From a virus (lineage: Duplodnaviria > Caudoviricetes): a stretch of 59,975 bases of DNA. The position numbers and the translations under genes were made by a program. The notes beneath the pieces are model-generated. The model had not been told where the DNA came from and did no database searches. It saw only the letters and a program-made list of their open reading frames with translations. This document shows, in pieces, positions 38,124 to 47,399 of the stretch. The stretch is from IMG/VR virus record IMGVR_UViG_3300033067_002221, positions 1 to 59,975 of that record. One strand, given 5' to 3'. How positions within the stretch are numbered: position 1 is the stretch's first letter; every line of letters begins with the position of its first letter.

Positions 38124-38636
38124 TCACCCTCCCTCTGCGCCCGACGGGGCGCGGCCTGCGCAGTGGTGTCCTGGGCCGGGACCGTGATAGCCGCACAGCC
38201 CGCACGTGCCGATCGAGTTGACCGGGTGGTTGTTCCATGCGGCGCGCTTCATCTCGGCGTAGCGCGCATGCACCTCGGCTGCCGCAGCCTTTCCCTGCGA
38301 GGCCAGCTCGGAGGCGATCTCGGGCGTCATCGGAGGCACCGCGGCTAGCGCCTTGATGGTCGACTCTGGCGGTCGCTCCCCACCCCCGACGCCCTGCCCG
38401 GCGGCGAGCGAGGAGGCGAGGGAGTCGCTGTAGATGCGGTCGGCGATGAGCATGACGCCCGCCTCGGCGTTCTCGGCGTTGGCCTTGGCAACGTCCCAGG
38501 CGTGGGCCTGACGGTCCGCGGTGCCCGGCGCCTTCCAGTACGCGGCCTCGGCATCGCGCATGATGCGCCTCGCGCGGCCCCACGCGTTCAGCGCCTCCCG
38601 CATGGCGGCGTCGGTGGGGCGGGTGGGGTCAGCCAC
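38124..38636 (-). CDS. hypothetical protein
   Basis: Tightly packed in the operon. Confidence 0.55.
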   Translation of the reverse strand: MADPTRPTDAAMREALNAWGRARRIMRDAEAAYWKAPGTADRQAHAWDVAKANAENAEAGVMLIADRIYSDSLASSLAAGQGVGGGERPPESTIKALAAVPPMTPEIASELASQGKAAAAEVHARYAEMKRAAWNNHPVNSIGTCGLCGYHGPGPGHHCAGRAPSGAEGG

Positions 38637-39624
38637 GGGGCGGCTCCTGGGTGACGCGACGGGCGTACTCCGCGCGGTACTCCGCGGCGGCGTCTTCGTT
38701 CAACACGATCACGCGCGAGTAGTCGACCATCCACGACTTGACGGCCTGCTTCGTGTGCCACGCGTCAATCGCGGCCTGAAGTTCGTCGATGGCCACGATG
38801 CTGTCGAACGCCTCCTCGTGCATGTCGTTCTCGCAGAGGTCCGACACGATGCGCTCGGCCGACAGGTGCGGCAGCCCGTGCACGTCGCAGGCGTAGACGT
38901 AGAACGCGCGCTCCATGCCATCGTCCTCGTCTTCGATGTGCTCGATCGCCTCTTCCAGCGAAGACGCGTACTCATCTCGGCTCTCGTCGAACACGGGGCC
39001 GTCGTAGGTCGCGGCGTCGATGACGGTGGCCTTCGCGAACCGCGCGGCCTCGCGCATCCACGCGGCGTCCATCTCGCAGTCGCGGCACATGATGCGGTGC
39101 CGCTTCTCCGTCGGCTTGCCGCACTTGCTGCACACGCTCGGCGCGCAGCAGTCGACCGCGAGCCTGCGGGCTTTCGCGTCGCCGTCGCGATGAACGCCGC
39201 CGACCACGTTGCCGCACGCACCGCACGCGTAGGCGATGACGTCGGGTGTGCCGGCGCGAGTGAGCGCAATCGGTTCGCGCTTCGTGTTGGCCATCTCGCT
39301 CACTTGCTTCCCCTTCCGCTGTCCGCGTACGCCGACGGCGAACACCTCGGGCTCGCACGTCGCCGCGTCGTAGTCCACAACGCGGATCAGCGCGTCCACC
39401 AGCGCCTCGTCGCTCTTCCCCGCGTCCGCCGCGATGGGGGGAGGGGCGGAGCGCCTCTCGACCTCCGCGATCGCCTCCCGCCACAACGCGTACTCGTCGC
39501 CCGTCTCGTCGCGCGGCATCCCCAGCGCCTCGCGCAGCTCGTAGCCGCAGCGCCCGACGGCGCAGCGATCGGCCACGGCACGCCGCTCGATGGCGGCCAC
39601 GTCGGCGGCGGTGATGGTGCTCAC
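38629..39624 (-). CDS. hypothetical protein with multiple CxxC motifs (alternative start 39294)
   Basis: GTGA overlap; CGAC, CSKC, CRDC. Confidence 0.6.
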   Translation of the reverse strand: MSTITAADVAAIERRAVADRCAVGRCGYELREALGMPRDETGDEYALWREAIAEVERRSAPPPIAADAGKSDEALVDALIRVVDYDAATCEPEVFAVGVRGQRKGKQVSEMANTKREPIALTRAGTPDVIAYACGACGNVVGGVHRDGDAKARRLAVDCCAPSVCSKCGKPTEKRHRIMCRDCEMDAAWMREAARFAKATVIDAATYDGPVFDESRDEYASSLEEAIEHIEDEDDGMERAFYVYACDVHGLPHLSAERIVSDLCENDMHEEAFDSIVAIDELQAAIDAWHTKQAVKSWMVDYSRVIVLNEDAAAEYRAEYARRVTQEPPRG

Positions 39625-40562
39625 GACGGCCACCCGATGACGAACCGGCCGCCCACCGGCCCAATCGGCCAGCCGCCCATCGCGAAGATCGCCAGCAGCG
39701 GCGCCCACGGATCGGCCTTGTCGGGCAGGCCGACGATGTGCGCGGCGGACCTGGCGGCGGACCTGGCGGCGGACCTGGCGGCGGACCTGGCGGCGGACTC
39801 GGCGGCGGACCTGGCGGCGGACCAGGCGGCGGACTCGGCGGCGGACCTGGCGGCGGACCAGGCGGCGGACCAGGCGGCGGACCTGGCGGCGGACCTGGCG
39901 GCGGACCTGGCGGCGGACCAGGCGGCGGACTCGGCGGCGGACTCGGCGGCGGACTCGGCGGCGGACCAGGCGGCGGACTCGGCGGCGGACCAGGCGGCGG
40001 ACAGCCGCATGATCTCGATCTCCGTCGGCACATTCTTCGCGCTGAACTGCGCGAGCGCGGCGACGTGCTCTGCGACGAGCGCGCGCAGCTTGTCGAGATC
40101 GGGTGGACCCGACGGCTTGAACCACGGGTACTTCGGCAACTCGCGCAGCAGCGAGACGACGCGCCAGCCCTGCGGCCCGAACGCCTCATCGATCGGCACC
40201 TCGCGCACGACGCGGAGCCGACGCACGCGCATTTTGGGCTCGTCGCTCTGGCGCCACAGCACGTTCGACTCGCGCACGGCGACCTCGAAATACGCGCGGT
40301 CGAGCGGGTTGCCCGGCTCGTCGCCGCGGTTGCCGCCGAACTGGTTGTGGCGGAGGCACGCGTCGAGCGTCTGCATCACGTGCAGCCCCGCGGCGCACTG
40401 GCCCTCCGAGGCCGGCGCGAACTGGCCCGGAGCGAGTCGCACCACCTCGCCGACGGCGTAGCGCGTGGTGCCCGTGCGGCAGTCGGTGCCGTCGCGGCGG
40501 GTGGTCTTGTACGCGGTGATCAGTCTGCTCGGCATCTTCGTCCCCTTGCTGCTCTCGCTCAC
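39621..40562 (-). CDS. hypothetical protein with SAA[W/E/R] tetrapeptide repeats
   Basis: N-terminal AYK...YAVGE...CAAGLH domain followed by 22 repeats. Confidence 0.75.
   Translation of the reverse strand: MSESSKGTKMPSRLITAYKTTRRDGTDCRTGTTRYAVGEVVRLAPGQFAPASEGQCAAGLHVMQTLDACLRHNQFGGNRGDEPGNPLDRAYFEVAVRESNVLWRQSDEPKMRVRRLRVVREVPIDEAFGPQGWRVVSLLRELPKYPWFKPSGPPDLDKLRALVAEHVAALAQFSAKNVPTEIEIMRLSAAWSAAESAAWSAAESAAESAAESAAWSAARSAARSAARSAAWSAAWSAARSAAESAAWSAARSAAESAARSAARSAARSAARSAAHIVGLPDKADPWAPLLAIFAMGGWPIGPVGGRFVIGWPS
39739..40002 (-). repeat. 12-bp tandem repeat x22 (TCCGCCGCC + AGG/TGG/GAG)
   Basis: Read directly from the sequence. Confidence 0.95.
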
Positions 40563-41131
40563 GCTGCCCTCCATGCCGCCGAAGCGGACTCGATCGCCCT
40601 CTGCTTCGCGCGTCGCTCGCGCATCTGCTCCCGGCTCGCGCAGGCCGCGCACCAGCCCTTGAGCCGGTGCGGCCGGTCGGCCCTCCCGCACGCTCGGCAC
40701 GCGGCCGGCTTGCCGCCGGTGCCCCACAGTCGCGCGTCTGTGCGCGCGCCCCCGAGCGCGTAGAGCCGCTCGCCGTCCGGCCACGCAGCGAGGAACGCAA
40801 GCAACTCGTCGAGTCGCTCCTCGGGCACGTAGCGGCGATGCCCAGGCTTGCGGCCGCCGACGGTGCCGGGGCCAGCGATCGCGCGCCGAAACTCGATACC
40901 GAGGCGCTCGCACGCCTTGGCGACACGAATGCGGCAGAACCCGAACTCGCGCTCGATGCTGTATGGCGTGAGCCTGCCGCGGTTCGGCGCGCCGAGGTGG
41001 CGCTTGCTGGCCAGCGACTCGACGGCGCGGCGGGTGCGCCCGAGTTCGCGCGCGATCGATGTCGATCCGCGAACGCCCCACGCGCGCTCGACGACGCGGA
41101 CCTCGGCAGCGGTCCAGGCGCGGCCGCGCAT
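40559..41131 (-). CDS. HTH DNA-binding protein with C-terminal Zn finger
   Basis: WTAAE...IARELGRTRRAVESLA; CRAC...H...GWCAAC. Confidence 0.65.
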   Translation of the reverse strand: MRGRAWTAAEVRVVERAWGVRGSTSIARELGRTRRAVESLASKRHLGAPNRGRLTPYSIEREFGFCRIRVAKACERLGIEFRRAIAGPGTVGGRKPGHRRYVPEERLDELLAFLAAWPDGERLYALGGARTDARLWGTGGKPAACRACGRADRPHRLKGWCAACASREQMRERRAKQRAIESASAAWRAA

Positions 41132-41331
41132 CACGGCACCGCCCGCATCTCGCCGAAGCACGCGCAGCACGGCAGCGCCTCGCCGCACGTCGGGCACACG
41201 AAGCGTGCGACGCCGCGGCGGCAGAACGAGCACGGCGCGCCGTACGTGTTGAGCCGCCGCCCCTCGCAGACGCGGCACTTCGGCCGCGGGCGACGCGCGT
41301 GCGGCATCGCGAGCTGGATCGGGGCGGTCAC
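41131..41331 (-). CDS. small Cys-rich Zn-finger protein, copy 1
   Basis: CRVC, CSFC, CPTC, CCAC. Confidence 0.6.
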   Translation of the reverse strand: MTAPIQLAMPHARRPRPKCRVCEGRRLNTYGAPCSFCRRGVARFVCPTCGEALPCCACFGEMRAVP

Positions 41332-41433
41332 GACTGCAGCTCCGCGTGTCCCGGCTCGATGGCGTCCGGCGCGTCGACCCACACGCGATCCGACGACATC
41401 GAGAACGCGCCCATCTCGCTGCCGAGCAGCGTC
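41164..41433. repeat. 270-bp direct repeat, copy 1
   Basis: Identical by eye to 42588-42857 (offset 1424). Confidence 0.95.
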
Positions 41434-42335
41434 CGCGGCTCCGGGAACTCGCGCACGCGCAGGCTCTTCGGCCACTCCAGCGGATCTCCGCCCTTCGGAT
41501 GCTTCTGCGGGTGCGTCTCTCCGTCGTCTTCGGGGTACGGGCCCATCTGCTTCATGAAGACGGGCGTCTTCGCGCGTCGGCACTGCTCGATGAGCGACTC
41601 CGCCCACGCAACGTCGAGCGCGCGCGCTTTCGGGCCCGACTCCCCGCCGACGATCACCCAGTTCACGACGTCGGGATGCGGCGGCTCGGTGAACCCCGAG
41701 TACAGGAAGATCGAGAGGTCGACGGGTCCGAGGAGCGGCTCCGCGCTCACGAACTTCACGGCCGCCGGCGTCTCGACGAGGTGCGGGAGGCGCTCGTTCG
41801 CGCGCGCCTGGTCCTCGACGCTGACGCCGACCCAGATCCACGGCGCCGGCGTCGTCGCTGGGTTCGAGATGCCGACGCCCATGAGCGCCGGCCGCTTCGC
41901 TCGAATCGCGTCAGCTTCGCGCAGCACGCGCTCGTAGAGCCTCGGATCGCTCAAGTACTTCCGCGCGCGCACCGCCCGCTTCGTGAGCACCTGGAAGGTG
42001 TGCCGAGGCGCGAGCAGCATCACCGCCCACACGCGATCGATCACCTCGTCCGGCACGCCCTCGTAGAAGAGGTCGCCCATGTCGGCGACGAAGATCCGCG
42101 ACGGATCGCGCAGCCGGAGCGGCATCTCGAGCTCGGCCTCCCACAGCCGCGAGAGGCCCGTCCAGCGTGGCCCGCCCTTCGAGAACGTCGCGAGGCCTTC
42201 GTACTTCGGCGTGTGCCGCAGGCGCGTCGCCGCGAGCCGCTCGGCGTAGCACCCCTCGCATCCCGGCGAGGCGCGCCGGCAGCCGTTCACGATCGGCCAC
42301 GAGACGTCCGTCCACTCGATGCTCGTCTTACCCAC
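41328..42335 (-). CDS. DUF5131 / phage Gp37Gp68 family protein
   Basis: TSIEWTD, GC...SPGCEGCYAE, IFVADMGDLF, HTFQVLTKR, SAEPLLGP, WVIVGGESG, FMKQMG. Confidence 0.92.
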   Translation of the reverse strand: MGKTSIEWTDVSWPIVNGCRRASPGCEGCYAERLAATRLRHTPKYEGLATFSKGGPRWTGLSRLWEAELEMPLRLRDPSRIFVADMGDLFYEGVPDEVIDRVWAVMLLAPRHTFQVLTKRAVRARKYLSDPRLYERVLREADAIRAKRPALMGVGISNPATTPAPWIWVGVSVEDQARANERLPHLVETPAAVKFVSAEPLLGPVDLSIFLYSGFTEPPHPDVVNWVIVGGESGPKARALDVAWAESLIEQCRRAKTPVFMKQMGPYPEDDGETHPQKHPKGGDPLEWPKSLRVREFPEPRTLLGSEMGAFSMSSDRVWVDAPDAIEPGHAELQS

Positions 42336-42549
42336 GTTGCACCTCCCGCCGCGCCCCACGCTTCACCGCGCGCCGCTCCGCCGTGATCGCGAGGCGAATC
42401 GCTCTCTCGATCGAATCCTCGTGATCGCGCCGCTTCTCGTTCTCGGTCCTCGCGCCGCGCATGCGCACGCGCTCCGGATCTTCTGCGTACGCGTCGAGGT
42501 CACGAATCTCACGCAGGCATGCCCGCGCCCGCTGCTCGATGGTCTTCAT
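42328..42549 (-). CDS. hypothetical protein
   Basis: MKTIEQRARACL; coupled. Confidence 0.55.
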   Translation of the reverse strand: MKTIEQRARACLREIRDLDAYAEDPERVRMRGARTENEKRRDHEDSIERAIRLAITAERRAVKRGARREVQRG

Positions 42550-42755
42550 GTCGCATCCGCCTTTCCCCTGAACTCCCCGAAACAGCTGCAGCACGGCAGC
42601 GCCTCGCCGCACGTCGGGCACACGAAGCGTGCGACGCCGCGGCGGCAGAACGAGCACGGCGCGCCGTACGTGTTGAGCCGCCGCCCCTCGCAGACGCGGC
42701 ACTTCGGCCGCGGGCGACGCGCGTGCGGCATCGCGAGCTGGATCGGGGCGGTCAC
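42546..42755 (-). CDS. small Cys-rich Zn-finger protein, copy 2
   Basis: Same as 41131-41331 except the last residues. Confidence 0.6.
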   Translation of the reverse strand: MTAPIQLAMPHARRPRPKCRVCEGRRLNTYGAPCSFCRRGVARFVCPTCGEALPCCSCFGEFRGKADAT

Positions 42756-42857
42756 GACTGCAGCTCCGCGTGTCCCGGCTCGATGGCGTCCGGCGCGTCG
42801 ACCCACACGCGATCCGACGACATCGAGAACGCGCCCATCTCGCTGCCGAGCAGCGTC
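42588..42857. repeat. 270-bp direct repeat, copy 2
   Basis: Identical by eye to 41164-41433. Confidence 0.95.
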
Positions 42858-44227
42858 ACGAGCATCTTCTCGGCGATGGCCTTCGCGGCGCCGACTGGAA
42901 CGGCGTTCCCGATGCGCGATCTCATGTCGCTCGTGCGGTGGCCCGCGAGCGCGAGCGGCGCGCCGTTCAGCGTTGCCGGCAGCCCCTGCAGCGCCGCGAG
43001 GTCGAGCAGCGTGAGCGGCCGGTGCCAGGTCGCGTCGCGCGCGACGAGCACCGGCGGGCGGTCGAGCGGGCGCGCGGCGCTCCAGTCGATCGCCTCGTGC
43101 ACGCGCGGATCGGCAACGGCCGCGGGCGCGTTGTCGATCTTGTGGTGCCCCGTGATCGTCTTCGCCGGCTCGTCCCACGCGAGCACCCCGTAGGCCCCCG
43201 CGCGCGGCTCGCACGTCAGCCGCGGATCCGCGACGGCGTACGCCCCCTGCCCGACGGCGCTCCCACCGGCGACCGTCGGCGAGGCCTGGTCCCAGCGGAG
43301 CACGCCGTAGCCGCGGTCGTAGGCGGTCTTCACGCGCGGGTCCGCGACGCCGAAGACGCCGTTGGTGCCCGAGCCCGCGATCGTCGCGACCGGCTCGTCC
43401 CACGCGTTGATCTTGTACCTGCCGAACACCTCGCGGCGCGCCTGGCCGTCAGCGAGCACGCCCTCAAGGTCTCGCCAGTCGCCGCCTGCGGGGATGAGCG
43501 CGAGCCGGAGCCAGTTCGTCGGCGTGAGCTTCGGCAGCCGGTGTAGCGGTCCGCCCTCCGCGGCCTCCGGCAGCGGCAGGCCGCCGAGGACCTCGCCGCA
43601 GCCGCGGACGCGCTTCTTCGGGGGCTGGTAGAGCAGGTGCGGCAGCGCCCGCGCGCGCCTCGCGACGAGCAGGAAGCGGCTCCGGCGCTGCGCCAGACCG
43701 CCGATCTCGCCGCAGTCGTGCGTGCTCTCGTGCAGCACGTAGCCCGCGCCGCGCAGGAGCTTCCGCACGCGCGCGAGGAGCGCGGCCCCGCGGTGCGCGA
43801 TCCCCTCGACGTTCTCGAGCAGCAGCAGCCGCGGCGGGTCGTCGGGCCACGTCGCGAGCACGAGCTCGAGCCACACGACGACGAGCTCGTTCAGCGCCTG
43901 GTACTTCGGCGACCGCGAGACGCGCGCAGGGAGCAGCCGGCTGTAGCCCTGGCACGGCGGGCTGCCGAAGATGACGTCGGGCGCGCGCTCGCCCATCAGC
44001 TCGCGGAGCATCCCCGGCGTCACCTCGCGGACGTCGGCGCAGAGCGCGGGCGACCGGGTGAGCGTCTCGAAGTCGGCGCACGAGAGCGGATCGAGGTCGA
44101 TCCCGCCGACGCTCTCGAAGCGCGCGCCCCGGCCGAGGAGCGAGATCGCGGCGTCGAGGAACCCGAGCGCGCCGGCGCCGAGGCCGCAGAAGAAAAAGCC
44201 GGCGCGGTAGGTGGTCGAGGGGTTCAC
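42752..44227 (-). CDS. C5 cytosine DNA methyltransferase
   Basis: FFCGLGAG (I), GSPPCQGYS (IV), LENV (VI), QRRSR (VIII), IGNAVP (X). Confidence 0.93.
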   Translation of the reverse strand: MNPSTTYRAGFFFCGLGAGALGFLDAAISLLGRGARFESVGGIDLDPLSCADFETLTRSPALCADVREVTPGMLRELMGERAPDVIFGSPPCQGYSRLLPARVSRSPKYQALNELVVVWLELVLATWPDDPPRLLLLENVEGIAHRGAALLARVRKLLRGAGYVLHESTHDCGEIGGLAQRRSRFLLVARRARALPHLLYQPPKKRVRGCGEVLGGLPLPEAAEGGPLHRLPKLTPTNWLRLALIPAGGDWRDLEGVLADGQARREVFGRYKINAWDEPVATIAGSGTNGVFGVADPRVKTAYDRGYGVLRWDQASPTVAGGSAVGQGAYAVADPRLTCEPRAGAYGVLAWDEPAKTITGHHKIDNAPAAVADPRVHEAIDWSAARPLDRPPVLVARDATWHRPLTLLDLAALQGLPATLNGAPLALAGHRTSDMRSRIGNAVPVGAAKAIAEKMLVTLLGSEMGAFSMSSDRVWVDAPDAIEPGHAELQS

Positions 44228-44454
44228 GCCCGCCTCGTGTAGGGGCACGACTCCTGGCCGCAGATCGGGCACAGGAAGAGCCGCCCGCTCGAGGTCTCGG
44301 TCGCCTCGCGCTGCATCTCCTCGATGCCCTCGTGCGCGGCCGCGCGCAGGCGTGCCGCGAAGTCACTGAAGTCGGGCACGGTGACGGTGTCGAAGCGGAG
44401 CGCGCCGCCCGTGCCGTCGTTGGGGCCGCCGCCCTGTCGCTGTCGCTGGCTCAT
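44224..44454 (-). CDS. hypothetical protein
   Basis: RBS GGAGG; C-terminal CPICG. Confidence 0.5.
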   Translation of the reverse strand: MSQRQRQGGGPNDGTGGALRFDTVTVPDFSDFAARLRAAAHEGIEEMQREATETSSGRLFLCPICGQESCPYTRRA

Positions 44455-44455
44455 C

Positions 44456-46084
44456 TCAGGCCTCCGTCCGTTCCACGCGCTCGACGAAGAGCGCGCCGTG
44501 CTTGTGCGACTCGACGAACTCGCGCACCGCCTCGCGGTGGTCGACGCTCTCCTGCTCCGCGAGCGTTGCGAGCACCGCGCCGGAGAGGTCGTCGCGCGTG
44601 ATCCCGAACTCGTCGCTCGGCTCGTGGACGTCACGCAGCATCGCGGCGGTCGCCGCGCGCTCGACGATGCCGGCGATCATCGCGCCGTTCGTCATGTGGC
44701 CGAGCGTGATCGGGTGCTTCTCCGTCTTCGTGACGACGCGGAACATCGCGGCCGCGTCGCCGAAGAGCTCGCGCGCCGCGTGCCCGGCGAGCGCCGGAAT
44801 CGGCTCGCGCGTCGGGCGCCCACGCAGCGCGAGAGCGAAGATCCGCACGGCGTCGGCCTTCCCGGGCCGTCCGATCCGCACCTTGCGATCGATGCGCCCG
44901 TCTCGGACGACGGCCGGATCAAGCGCGTCGGGGCGGTTCGTCGCGAGCAGAACGAGCGCGCCGGACTCCTCGAGGCCGTCCATTTCGGCGAGGAACTGCG
45001 GGACGATCGTGCGCTCCATCCCCGATCCGATCGAGGAGCCGCGCGCGCCGAGGATCGCCTCGGCCTCGTCGATGAACACGACGGCGGGGTGGCCGTGCTG
45101 CTTCGCGTACGCGCGCGTCGACGCGAAGATCTCGCGAATCTTCCCCTCGGCCGCGCCGACCCACTGGCTCAGGATCTCGGGGCCCTTGATGTAGAGGAAG
45201 CCGGCGGAGGCGGTCTGCCCGTGGACGCGCGCGAGCGCCGTCGCCGTCGCCTTTGCGATCAGCGTCTTGCCGCAGCCCGGGGGGCCGTAGAGGAGCACGC
45301 CGCGGACCGGCCGCTTGCCGTAGCGGGTGAACACGTCGCGGTGCTTGTGCGGGAGCTCGATCGCCTCGACCAGCGCGGCCTTCGCCTCGTCGAGGCCGCC
45401 GATGTCCTCCCACTGGACCGGCGCCGTGCGCGCGAACGCGAACTCGCTCTGCGCGCGCGGAAGCACCCGAAGCACGACGGACGCCGATGCGTCGACGACG
45501 ACGCGATCGCCGCCCTCGACCTCGGCCTCGCCGCGCGCGATCGCGCGCACCGAGGCGTTGTGATCTATCTCGACAACGTCGCCCGCGACGCGGCGCACGA
45601 CGCAGACCTCGCCGACGGAAGCCGGGTTGCGATCGACCTCGGCGATCTGCCCCGTCTTCGCGAGCTTGACCTGCATCCCCGGCTTGAGGCCGCCGATGTC
45701 GTTGACCTCGATCGGCACGCCGCCGACGAGGACCGTCGCCTTCCCGCCGCCCACGCGCAGCACGAGGGCGAGCTGCTTCGGCGCGTCGGTGATCGACTTC
45801 AGCTGCGCCTGCAGCGTGTTGATGATCTGCTCGGCCTCCGCGAGCATCCGGCGCGCATCGCCGGAAGGCTGCGGATAGCCCGGCGGGTAGCCCAGCATCT
45901 CGCGATCACGGTCGCGACTGCGGCTGATGACGACGTCGTCGAGCCGGAGCATCACCGGGCCGAAAGGAACGTTGAAAGGGTTTCTCGACATCGGCTGCAC
46001 CTTCCTCGCTCGTTGCTTCGATTTCGGTTCGGTTTTCTGATTTCGTTCGCGCCAACGGGCGTCGAAGCGCTCTCGGGACTTCAC
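44456..46084 (-). CDS. ARC/Mpa-like (proteasome-type) AAA+ ATPase; alternative start 45991
   Basis: Coiled coil, two OB-like segments, WEDIGGL, GVLLYGPPGCGKTLIAKA, IKGPEILSQWVG, VFIDEAE, TIVPQFLAEMDG, TNRPDALDPAVVRDGRID. Confidence 0.88.
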   Translation of the reverse strand: MKSRERFDARWRERNQKTEPKSKQRARKVQPMSRNPFNVPFGPVMLRLDDVVISRSRDRDREMLGYPPGYPQPSGDARRMLAEAEQIINTLQAQLKSITDAPKQLALVLRVGGGKATVLVGGVPIEVNDIGGLKPGMQVKLAKTGQIAEVDRNPASVGEVCVVRRVAGDVVEIDHNASVRAIARGEAEVEGGDRVVVDASASVVLRVLPRAQSEFAFARTAPVQWEDIGGLDEAKAALVEAIELPHKHRDVFTRYGKRPVRGVLLYGPPGCGKTLIAKATATALARVHGQTASAGFLYIKGPEILSQWVGAAEGKIREIFASTRAYAKQHGHPAVVFIDEAEAILGARGSSIGSGMERTIVPQFLAEMDGLEESGALVLLATNRPDALDPAVVRDGRIDRKVRIGRPGKADAVRIFALALRGRPTREPIPALAGHAARELFGDAAAMFRVVTKTEKHPITLGHMTNGAMIAGIVERAATAAMLRDVHEPSDEFGITRDDLSGAVLATLAEQESVDHREAVREFVESHKHGALFVERVERTEA

Positions 46085-46845
46085 TCGTCGTCTCCCGCGG
46101 CGCGCGCGCGCATGTCCTCGGCCGGCGCCTCGGCGGCGCGCCGCGCCTGCAGCACCTCGAAGCGCCGCATGAACTCGTCGCGAGCGCGCTCGGCGCACCA
46201 TGCCTCGATCCGCCTCGTGAGCGGCTTCGCCCCCGGCAGCCCGTCCGCGTGCGCGCGCAGGTCGCGCTTCTCGGTCGCGAGCAGACGCGCGTCGGCGAGG
46301 CGGACGCTCGGCGGCATCGCCAGCGGCAGGCCGAACCGCTCCGCGATGACGCGCTCGAGCTGCCGCTCGGCGGCGCGGTAGCTCGCGAGCGCGGGCGCGC
46401 GCTTCACCGGCGACGGCACGTCGACGAGGTACGCCTCCGTCGCGTCGTGGAGCAGGCCCCAGAGCGCGTCGTCGGGGTGGCAGGCGTGGGAGACGAGCAC
46501 CGAGTGCTGCGCGACCGAGTAGTGCGCGCAGGCCACGTGCCCCGCGAAGCGGCAGAGGCGCGCGAGCGCGTGCGCGATGTCCTCGATCCGCACCTCCTCG
46601 GCGCGGGGGTCGAGCGGCCAGAAGCGGACGCCCGAGTGCGTGAGGATCCAGCCCGCCGGATCGCGCGCGGGGGCGCCGTCGATGCGCTCCTCGTCGAGCG
46701 CGCCGCGCGCCTGCAGCTCGCCCTCGTAGGCGGTGAGGACCTCGCCGACGAGGTGGCCGGGGACGAGCCCCGCGGGGAAGCCCGACGGCGCGGTCGCGCG
46801 CGCGCGGATCTCGGCGCGGCGCCAGGCGGGGATCGTGGGCTTCAC
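46081..46845 (-). CDS. HD-domain phosphohydrolase (YfbR/YfdR-like)
   Basis: IEDIAHALARLCRFAGH, YSVAQHS, LLHDATEAY. Confidence 0.9.
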   Translation of the reverse strand: MKPTIPAWRRAEIRARATAPSGFPAGLVPGHLVGEVLTAYEGELQARGALDEERIDGAPARDPAGWILTHSGVRFWPLDPRAEEVRIEDIAHALARLCRFAGHVACAHYSVAQHSVLVSHACHPDDALWGLLHDATEAYLVDVPSPVKRAPALASYRAAERQLERVIAERFGLPLAMPPSVRLADARLLATEKRDLRAHADGLPGAKPLTRRIEAWCAERARDEFMRRFEVLQARRAAEAPAEDMRARAAGDDE

Positions 46846-47399
46846 GACGCGCCCCTCGCCGCCTTCGCGGCCTCGCGCGCGACCCGGATCCACTCCTCGG
46901 CGCTCGTCTGCCCGCCGATCGCGAGCTGCGCCGCGAGGATCCCGATCACGGCCGATCGCTCGTCGCGGGTGCTCGTCTCGATCGCGGCGCGGGCCAGGTT
47001 CAGCTTCACAATCGCCGCCGTCGAGATCGCGCCGGGCGCCGCGTCGTACACGCCGACGTTGCGGCCGATCGCGTCGAGCGCGCGCCCGCGCTCGTCGGCG
47101 ATCTTCTGCACGTCGCGCAGATCGGCGACGAGCCCATCGACGCGGAGACGCAGCTCGTTCGCGAGCTTCGCCTCGTCGTCGCGGTCGCGCGTGATCTTGG
47201 CGGCCTCCGCCGCACGCGCGGCGTCGTACTCGGTGAGCCAGCGAATGCGCGAGGCAAGGTACTCGCCCGCGCGCGTGCACAGCTCGCGTGGCACGCCGGT
47301 CGCGTCGAGCGCGGCGTGCGCATTCGCGATCTCGTCGATGTTCTCCTCCCGCGCTCGCTCGGCGCGGGAGGCGCGGGGCTTCTTCTGGTTCGTGGGCAT
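46842..47399 (-). CDS. hypothetical coiled-coil protein
   Basis: RBS GAGGAG. Confidence 0.65.
   Translation of the reverse strand: MPTNQKKPRASRAERAREENIDEIANAHAALDATGVPRELCTRAGEYLASRIRWLTEYDAARAAEAAKITRDRDDEAKLANELRLRVDGLVADLRDVQKIADERGRALDAIGRNVGVYDAAPGAISTAAIVKLNLARAAIETSTRDERSAVIGILAAQLAIGGQTSAEEWIRVAREAAKAARGAS

Noticed and set aside
39739-40002. Possible CRISPR array (also 55375-55650)
   Set aside because: Units of 12 and 15 bp with no unique spacers; in-frame coding repeats; no cas operon
41164-42857. Possible DGR template/variable repeat pair or IS ends
   Set aside because: Copies look identical with no adenine-specific mismatches; no reverse transcriptase or transposase in the window
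46081-46845. DatZ / Z-genome pathway
   Set aside because: No PurZ or phage DNA polymerase; motifs fit the common YfdR-like prophage HD family
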